IMG/VR virus record: IMGVR_UViG_3300033076_001338
Location: 1-32,532 of that record
Length of the DNA stretch: 32,532 bases
DNA from: a virus
Lineage: Duplodnaviria; Caudoviricetes
Strand: one strand, 5' to 3'
The position numbers were made by a program, and so were the translations under genes. Shown here in pieces: positions 25,744 to 32,532 of this stretch (the first letter of the stretch is position 1; the number at the start of each line of letters is the position of its first letter). The notes beneath the pieces are model-generated. The model saw nothing but the letters and a program-made list of their open reading frames with translations, ran no database searches and was not told where the DNA came from.

Positions 25744-28700
25744 TGGCAACCTCCACCGAGTACGAACAGTGGCTTCGCGCAAACCAAAGCAAGCGCGGTA
25801 CGGCTGACTACGCCACAGTACTGCGGGCTTTCGAAAACGCGCTGCAAAGGGAGGCGGCGGCAACCACGCCTGCAGCGCCTGCTGCCAAGCCAGAGTCGGG
25901 ATTTTTCCCCGCGCTGCGTGCCGGTGCTACTGAACTTGGTGGCGGCATCTCTGCCCTCTTGGGTAAGGTGGGGCTCAAGGACGAGGCCGCCGCCCAGGCC
26001 GAGTACGACGCTGCCCAGAAGCGTGCCAGGGAGATCTTCGCGCCCACCGAGGCGGGCTGGACTGAGGCTCCGGGCACCAAGCTGCTTGAGCTTCTCGGCG
26101 GGTCTGCGCCGTACATGGCCGCACCCTTGGCCGCAGGCGTGGCAGCGGCAGCGCTCCCCCTCACAGGCCCCGCCGCGCTGGCCACTACGCTGGGTGCAGC
26201 GGGCCTGACTTCGGCTGCGCAGTTCACCGCGACCAACCTCTCGCGCCAGATGGAGGAGGGCAAGAAGCTCGCGGAGACGGACCTGGGCAACGCCGCTTTG
26301 GCGGCGGTTCCGCAGGCGGCATTGGACACGCTGTCCATGCGCCTGATCCCGGGTATTGGCCGCATCTTCGGGCAAGCCGGCATCAAGGTCACGGCAGAGA
26401 CGGCCAAGGAGATCGCGGAGCAGGGGCTCAAGAAGACGCTCATCGACTACACCGCCGCCACCGGCAAGACCATGGGCGCGGAGGGCCTCACGGAGGCCGC
26501 ACAGCAGGTGCTGGAGCGTGCCCAGGCAGGGCTGAGTCTGACGGACCCCAAGGCCCGCGAGGAGTACTTCGACAGCTTCCTGGGCGGTGCCGTCCTTGGC
26601 GGCACGCTGGCTGTCCCCGGGCGCTACTACGAGCGCGGCAAGGCGCAGGGCGAGGCCCGCACGCTGCTGGAAGGCCAGGAAGCCGAGCAGCGCAAGGCCG
26701 CACGCGCAGCGACGGGAGCGGAGCGAAAGACGCCGGAATATTTGGAAACGCGTTACGACGCGTACCAGAAGCTGAGCACAGAGATAGCCGCACTTGAAGC
26801 GCAGCTTAAAAAGGGCACCAAAGAAGCGCCGCTGTCTCAAGAAGACAAGGATGCTAATGCAGTTATACAGCAGCAACTTGGTCCGCTGAAAGACCAAGAA
26901 AAAGCTGCTCGTAAAGAGTTCATTGCCGCCGGTGGCCCGCAAGCTATTGCCAAGCTTCGTGCAGGGCAGCTTGAGCTTACGCCCCCGCCTGGGCGTGTTT
27001 CAGAACCTCCGCCAACAGAAGCGGCTCCTGAAGCGCCTGAAGTGGCGCGCCCTCGCTACGAGCAGGAAGTGCGCAGGCTGACTGGCTTGCTCGAACAACA
27101 GCGTGGGCAACTTGTCGCCGCCGAAACGCCGGAAGACGCCGTTCGGATTGCAGAACAGACGCAGCGCACCAAGACCGCACTTGACTCCGCGCAAGATGCG
27201 CTGAGCAAACTACCTGCAGCGCCCGACACGGCAGCGCTTCAAGAGGAACTCAAGAAGCTTCAGAAACGCTTTGACGCGGCAAAAGCAAACGCTGACCAAG
27301 ACAAAGTTCTGGGATACGGCAAGCAACTGCTCGAACTCAAGAAGCAGCTACAAGAAGTTGCGCCTACGGCGCAACTAGATCTTTTTGCGCCCGAAGCAAT
27401 CGCGGCAGAGCAAACGCGGCGCGATGCGCTTGGCGAAGAAATGGCTGTGGGACGGGAGACTGCAGGCTACGAACGCACGCAGGCAGAAATAGAACAGCAG
27501 GCGGCGCGTGAAGCTGCTGCCCGCAGGGCTGCGGTTGACGCGGAATTGACGGCTGAAGGCACCGCAGAACGCGAAGCCATGTCCGAACTTGGACAACGCC
27601 TTGCGCAACAACAGCGCGGGCGCGAGATGGCGCGGGTGCGCACCGCACCTCAACTCGCGCTTTTCCCCGAGGCACGTGAGCGTGTTGAACAGGAAGCTGT
27701 GGGTTCCGAGGACACGGTTGTTCGCCGCAGAGAGCAGGCGCTTCCCGAAACCCCACAAGTGGATGTTCGCGCACAGCCGCCTTTGACGCAACGTATTGCC
27801 GCCATGGCAGACCGCGTGCTGGCCGCTCCAGGCGTGGACGAGGGCACCAAGGACGTAGTCCGTCAGATGCAGGCCGACCTGCCCGCCTTCCTGCGGCAGG
27901 CCAATCCGCAACCTACCGCCGCATGGCTGTACCGCACGCTGACCACAGGCCGTGCAGACCCTGCCGATACTGCTCGCGCCCGCGACGTACTGCGTACGTT
28001 GGAGGAAGCCAAGTTGTCGGAGACGGAGGAGCGCACGCAGTACGCAGGCCGCGCGCTCACGCCACAGGAAAGAGAAGCGGTTCGTGGCACTTCCTTGGAA
28101 GGGCGCCAAGGCGTGTTGACGCGAGAGCCTACTGGAGACGTTCGCCGCGCGGTTCAACAGGAACTGCCGGAAATGCCGGAGCCTCGGGCAACAGCATTCA
28201 ACACCTACGAAGAATTTGAGCGCTATCTGGCGTCGCAGACGCCGCTGATGGTGGACGCTCAAGGGCGCATCGCGCTGTCGGTAGCGCGTCTGCAACGCGA
28301 GCTGGCGCCGCTGCGTGAGCAAGCGGCTGAGTTGCGCAAGCAAGAAGCCGACCTGAAGCAGAAAGCCGCTGCGCTGAAGGAAAAGACAGGTGCGGATCGC
28401 GCCGCTGCACAAGCGCTTGTTGACGAATCGCAGTTCAGTCTTAACATCGCTCGCAACGCGCTGGAGAACCGCATCGAACGCGTAATTGCTGCGCGTGCAG
28501 CGGCGGTGCAGAAGTATTCTGACAGTTTGACTGACGGCATTCGCGTTCTGCTGGACATAGCAGATGGCGTCAAACAGTTTGACGCGGAGATTGCGGCGCG
28601 GGAACAAGTGCCTGTCGGGGAAGAAGGCGGCTTTAGGCGTGCAACAATTCCGCGTGGCGATGTGCCCGGGTACACTGCTGCGCGAGAAGCAGAAAAGAAA

Positions 28701-31700
28701 GTCGAGAAAGCGCTGGACGAGTGGGCCGCTGCGCAAACCAACATGCGCGACGTTGTACAACGCAACGTGGGCGCGGACTGGAGCGATGCGTCTACTGCGC
28801 TTGGCGAGTACCTTGTTGCTAAAAAGCGGGTTGACGCTGCCGGCAAAACCGTCTGGAACGCGAAGAACGAGCTTCGTAAGCTCGCAAAAGACCGTAAAGG
28901 CGTCACGCCTTTGCCCGATGAAGCTTTTGGCGATTTCCTTGTCAAGCAGGCAGAGCTTGCCGCCAAGTTGGATGTCGAACTGAAGCGCATCAGCGGACTG
29001 TCCAAGTACGTCAAGGGCATCGCCAAGAACGCTGACGTAGATGCGTACCTCAAGCAACGGGACGCCGCGCAAGTCGCCTTTAGCAAGGCGCTTCGTGAGC
29101 TTCCGGAAGGCGGAGATGTTGGCGCATTGCTGCGCAACCACATGAAACCGTTGGAGGGCGCCAAGACGGCGCTTGCCGACAAGCTCAGCACCTACAGCGG
29201 CACCGCCGAGCAAATTGCGGCTTTCGACAAAGCGCAAGCAGACCTCAGGGCGGCAGAGACTCTGCTGGCCGAGGTAGCTGCGGCCACACGCCCTGATGAT
29301 GCGCAGGCGGAGCAGTTGCTTGCAGCGGCAAAAACAGCAGCCGCGCAAGCTGGGGGGCTTGAAAGTAGCGTCGCGTCCCGGCTGGCCGCTGCCAAAGCGC
29401 GGGCAGAAGCTCGCACGCGTGTGGCTCCAATGCCCGCCGAAACCACGCTTGCCCAGAGAGAAGCGGCAGACGCCGCCAAACGGCGTGCAGAACAGGCCAG
29501 CCTGGAAGCCGGTGAAAGATCCGGTGTCATGGTGTTCTTCGAGAAGAACAAAGAAGACATCATGGAGGACACCAACTACATCAAGTTGGTGGCGCAAACT
29601 TATGACAGCAGCCTGTCGATGCCAGAGCGCATGCAAGCGGCTACCGAAGCCGACAAATACATGCAGGAAAAGCAGGCCAAGCTTGAGGCTCGCGCCGAGA
29701 AGACCAGCGCGGTTAGCGCTTTGCACGAAGAGAACTTGAAGAAAGCCCGTGCAAAGCTGGCAGAACTTCAAGGACTGCGCGGCAAGAAGCGCACTGAGAA
29801 AACAGCGGCGAAGCTTGAAGACTCGATCAAGAAGCAGGAAGCCGTTATCGCGGGCCATCAAGCCAAACTCAACAAGTCTCTGACGGGAACCAAGATCACG
29901 CGCATGACGCGTGCAGAGCTTAAGGCGGTGCGAGAGCAGGCCAATGAGGAGATCTCGCGGACTCGCGTAGCGGGCGAACGCCTCGGTGTTGCAGAAGGCA
30001 CACAGCAACGCGCTATCGGCCCCGCCACGCGACCCGAAGTCATGCCGCCCCAGACGATGCGTACGGGTACGGAAGAGAGTGTCGCTGGAGAAACGACGAC
30101 TCCGTCCAAGAACCGCATCCAAGAAGCTCGCGGTGTGCGGCAGCGCGACGTAGCGATTGGTAAGAAGGAGCTCGCGGAGGCGAACCTGATTGCCGCAGAG
30201 AACGCGGTTGAGACTGCGAAGACGCCGTCAGAAAAACGCCTTGCGGAAGCAAAACTCGCTGTTGCAGAACTCCGCTATGAGATCGCGGCCAAGGGTGATA
30301 GCAATACCCGTGCCCAACAACTGTCAGAAGCGGAAGGAGAAGTTCAGCGACTACTGCGCGTAGGCATGGCGCCTGTTGAAAGAACGCCGCTGACCGCGAG
30401 CGAAGAAGCGGAAATAGCAAAAGAACTTGAAGAAACACCTGAAGTCGAAGGTGCGCAAACTACTGAACAAAAGGTAGCTAGCTTTCTCAAGTCGCTTAAA
30501 AAAATAACAAAGCCTAGCAAAAAAGAAAAGGGACTACGGGCTTTTGGTGAAGTAGACGTTGACATAAAGAAAGGCATTTTTCCGGCCCCTAATAAAAGCA
30601 TATACATCAGTTTGATTAGAAACAACGGCGCTGAAGGCAAAGGTGCAGCCTCGACCGTGCTCAAAAAACTGATGGCTTTGGCGGATACACACGGTGTCAC
30701 ACTCACGTTGCAGCCGGAACAAGTTGGCACTAAGGGGCTGTCTACTGAACAACTGGAGGCGTGGTACGCCAGAAGCGGCTTTAAGTCATGGGACGGCGGT
30801 ATGTACCGCGAGCCCAAAAAACAAGGTGAAACTGTCGAAGAACTTACGTACGAAGCGCCTGAAATTGGAATTCTTGGCGGCGCACGAGAAGAAGCGTTCT
30901 TCTCCCGTGGCCCCGTCGCTACGCCGTCCACTACCGACAGCGTCCGCGCGGAGTTGAAGCAGACCTTCCCGGACCTGGGCCGGGCGCAGATCTACGATTC
31001 GGTGGGCGCGCTCGTTGCGGCCAACCCGCAGTACAAGGGCAAGATCCCGGCGGACGCTCGGGGCTTCGTGGACAGCGCTGGCAACAAGGCGTTCCTGATC
31101 GCGGGGAACATCAACCAGGGACAGGCGCTGTCCGTGCTGTTGCACGAGGTTGGCGCCCACGTGGGCCTGAAGAGCATGCTGGGCGACGCCCAGTACAGCG
31201 CCTTGGTCAACGCGGTCAAGTCCTGGGAGAAGCGCACCGACAACAGCCCCGAGGCCCGGGTGGCCCAGGCCGCACGCGCACGTGTGGAGGCCGCAGAGAC
31301 GCCCGCTGGCCAAGTCAACGATGAGCTGCTGGCCTACGCCGTCGAGGAAGCCGTGAACGCGGGCGTGAAGCCCATGGAGACGCGCAGCACCCTCGGGCGC
31401 TGGCTGTCGCAGGTAGCCGCGCTGTTCCGCCGCGCGCTGCAGAAGTTCGGCCTGCCGCCCAAGGCGCTCGATGCCCAGGGCCTCGTGGACATGGCGTTCG
31501 GTGCAGCGAAGATGGCAATGCGTGGGCAGGCGGCGCCCGCTGCCGAGGCCCGCACGGAGCCGGGAGAGATCCTCTTCTCCCGCAACCTCCCCACCGCAGC
31601 ACGCGTCGCCAACCAGATCGTCGGCAAAGAGAAGGGCCTGATCGACAAGTTCCGCGACAACTTCCTTGGCATCGGTGGACGCGCGCAGTTCATCGACAAG

Positions 31701-32532
31701 CTCTTCCCCACCGAGGAGGCGCTCAAGCGTGCGGGTGCGGACCCCGCGAAAGCCATGCAGGCGATGTACTACCTGCGGATGTACGACCAGCGGATGCATT
31801 TCACCTCCCAGGCCATCACGGACGGTGTGCCCGAGCGGGTGGAGAAGACGCGTCGTGACGGCACCAAGGAGTACCTCATCGAGGCCAAGCCCGGGGCCAA
31901 CCTGAAGCAGGCGTTCGACATCCTGAAGCGCAAGGATGTGGTCAAGGAAGCGGGCAGCGCCGACGCCGCCAACAAGCTCGTGACGCTCTACATGGCTGCG
32001 ATCCGTGGCGAGCGCGTGGGCTACGACACGCTCAACTTTGGCCGCGTGTGGGCGCAGGGCGAGATCAAGCGCATCGAGAACGAACTCAAGTCCCCGAAGC
32101 TGTCCGCTGAGCAGCGCACGGTGCTGACGAAGCGCATGAACAACCTGGGGCAGCGCCTGGACTCCATGCCGACGCCGGAGGACATCAAAGCCGCCAAGGC
32201 CGAGATCGACGCCAACCCGGTGCTGCGCGAAGCGTTCGGTGAAGTGCGCGACATCTACAACCAGTACAACCGCGACCTGATCAACTTCAACGTGCAGAGC
32301 GGTGCCCTGAGCAAGGAGCAAGCCAACACGCTGCTGCAGGAGAACGACTACATCCCCTACTACCGCATGCGCGACGGCGTGGCCGAACTCATCATCGGCA
32401 AGGAGACGCCCATCCGCATCGGCAACATGAAGGACAGCCCGCATCTGCAGGAGCTTGTTGGCGGCGACGAGCCCATCATGGACTTCATCGCCAGCAGCGT
32501 GCAGAACACCTCGATGCTGATCGACATGGCGA
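25743..32532 (+). CDS. Giant polyvalent internal virion protein (>2260 aa, 3'-truncated; absent from ORF track)
   Basis: TAATG overlap, starts MATSTEYEQW; frame read open at several spot checks and at window end (...SVQNTSMLIDMA); track lists no + ORF in this frame, consistent with no stop; GNAT and HEVGAH motifs. Confidence 0.88.
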   Translation, partial: MATSTEYEQWLRANQSKRGTADYATVLRAFENALQREAAATTPAAPAAKPESGFFPALRAGATELGGGISALLGKVGLKDEAAAQAEYDAAQKRAREIFAPTEAGWTEAPGTKLLELLGGSAPYMAAPLAAGVAAAALPLTGPAALATTLGAAGLTSAAQFTATNLSRQMEEGKKLAETDLGNAALAAVPQAALDTLSMRLIPGIGRIFGQAGIKVTAETAKEIAEQGLKKTLIDYTAATGKTMGAEGLTEAAQQVLERAQAGLSLTDPKAREEYFDSFLGGAVLGGTLAVPGRYYERGKAQGEARTLLEGQEAEQRKAARAATGAERKTPEYLETRYDAYQKLSTEIAALEAQLKKGTKEAPLSQEDKDANAVIQQQLGPLKDQEKAARKEFIAAGGPQAIAKLRAGQLELTPPPGRVSEPPPTEAAPEAPEVARPRYEQEVRRLTGLLEQQRGQLVAAETPEDAVRIAEQTQRTKTALDSAQDALSKLPAAPDTAALQEELKKLQKRFDAAKANADQDKVLGYGKQLLELKKQLQEVAPTAQLDLFAPEAIAAEQTRRDALGEEMAVGRETAGYERTQAEIEQQAAREAAARRAAVDAELTAEGTAEREAMSELGQRLAQQQRGREMARVRTAPQLALFPEARERVEQEAVGSEDTVVRRREQALPETPQVDVRAQPPLTQRIAAMADRVLAAPGVDEGTKDVVRQMQADLPAFLRQANPQPTAAWLYRTLTTGRADPADTARARDVLRTLEEAKLSETEERTQYAGRALTPQEREAVRGTSLEGRQGVLTREPTGDVRRAVQQELPEMPEPRATAFNTYEEFERYLASQTPLMVDAQGRIALSVARLQRELAPLREQAAELRKQEADLKQKAAALKEKTGADRAAAQALVDESQFSLNIARNALENRIERVIAARAAAVQKYSDSLTDGIRVLLDIADGVKQFDAEIAAREQVPVGEEGGFRRATIPRGDVPGYTAAREAEKKVEKALDEWAAAQTNMRDVVQRNVGADWSDASTALGEYLVAKKRVDAAGKTVWNAKNELRKLAKDRKGVTPLPDEAFGDFLVKQAELAAKLDVELKRISGLSKYVKGIAKNADVDAYLKQRDAAQVAFSKALRELPEGGDVGALLRNHMKPLEGAKTALADKLSTYSGTAEQIAAFDKAQADLRAAETLLAEVAAATRPDDAQAEQLLAAAKTAAAQAGGLESSVASRLAAAKARAEARTRVAPMPAETTLAQREAADAAKRRAEQASLEAGERSGVMVFFEKNKEDIMEDTNYIKLVAQTYDSSLSMPERMQAATEADKYMQEKQAKLEARAEKTSAVSALHEENLKKARAKLAELQGLRGKKRTEKTAAKLEDSIKKQEAVIAGHQAKLNKSLTGTKITRMTRAELKAVREQANEEISRTRVAGERLGVAEGTQQRAIGPATRPEVMPPQTMRTGTEESVAGETTTPSKNRIQEARGVRQRDVAIGKKELAEANLIAAENAVETAKTPSEKRLAEAKLAVAELRYEIAAKGDSNTRAQQLSEAEGEVQRLLRVGMAPVERTPLTASEEAEIAKELEETPEVEGAQTTEQKVASFLKSLKKITKPSKKEKGLRAFGEVDVDIKKGIFPAPNKSIYISLIRNNGAEGKGAASTVLKKLMALADTHGVTLTLQPEQVGTKGLSTEQLEAWYARSGFKSWDGGMYREPKKQGETVEELTYEAPEIGILGGAREEAFFSRGPVATPSTTDSVRAELKQTFPDLGRAQIYDSVGALVAANPQYKGKIPADARGFVDSAGNKAFLIAGNINQGQALSVLLHEVGAHVGLKSMLGDAQYSALVNAVKSWEKRTDNSPEARVAQAARARVEAAETPAGQVNDELLAYAVEEAVNAGVKPMETRSTLGRWLSQVAALFRRALQKFGLPPKALDAQGLVDMAFGAAKMAMRGQAAPAAEARTEPGEILFSRNLPTAARVANQIVGKEKGLIDKFRDNFLGIGGRAQFIDKLFPTEEALKRAGADPAKAMQAMYYLRMYDQRMHFTSQAITDGVPERVEKTRRDGTKEYLIEAKPGANLKQAFDILKRKDVVKEAGSADAANKLVTLYMAAIRGERVGYDTLNFGRVWAQGEIKRIENELKSPKLSAEQRTVLTKRMNNLGQRLDSMPTPEDIKAAKAEIDANPVLREAFGEVRDIYNQYNRDLINFNVQSGALSKEQANTLLQENDYIPYYRMRDGVAELIIGKETPIRIGNMKDSPHLQELVGGDEPIMDFIASSVQNTSMLIDMA

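Larger units (their letters stand above)
1..32532 (+). mobile_element. Tailed phage structural/lysis module (podovirus-like)
   Basis: Co-oriented, tightly coupled capsid, adaptor, tail, endolysin/holin and ejection-type genes; no tape measure, sheath or host housekeeping genes recognised in the window. Confidence 0.95.

Noticed and set aside
27375-32444. Long minus-strand ORFs (915 aa, 552 aa; likewise 7352-9205, 14970-16889, 25356-26942)
   Set aside because: Antisense shadows of GC-rich plus-strand genes, with no recognisable motifs
1-32532. Stop-codon reassignment, tRNA/rRNA genes, integrase or att site
   Set aside because: Genes close normally on TAA, TGA and TAG with tight coupling; intergenic gaps are short and no cloverleaf or recombinase was recognised

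Overview
The window is the virion-morphogenesis (late) region of a GC-rich, probably short-tailed dsDNA phage, almost all on the + strand with many ATGA/TAATG overlaps. Gene order: capsid decoration protein, Mu gpT-like major capsid protein (HTVC010P/uncultured freshwater podophage type, recognised from memory), terminator plus a pseudoknotted RNA candidate, a block of small basic proteins, adaptors, tail/fibre proteins including a 2012-aa repeat protein, GH108 endolysin and holin, a nozzle-like protein, putative ejection proteins, and a >2260-aa polyvalent protein missing from the ORF track (25743 to window end). Best leads: (1) an antisense NUMOD4-HNH endonuclease at the catalytic EGG(Y/F) codons of the endolysin, leaving the old 5' end behind as a stub and apparently supplying a recoded replacement 5' end; (2) a shared [YFML]AxGG motif, often paired, plus a basic C-terminal motif across unrelated head and ejection proteins, a candidate capsid cargo-sorting or processing code; (3) the giant protein with GNAT and zincin-like domains, FSR boundary motifs and clamp-binding-like QLDLF/QLALF motifs; (4) a second HNH gene whose RBS is locked in a perfect 12-bp hairpin overlapped by an extended -10. 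All family assignments are by-eye motif recognition; no searches were run.
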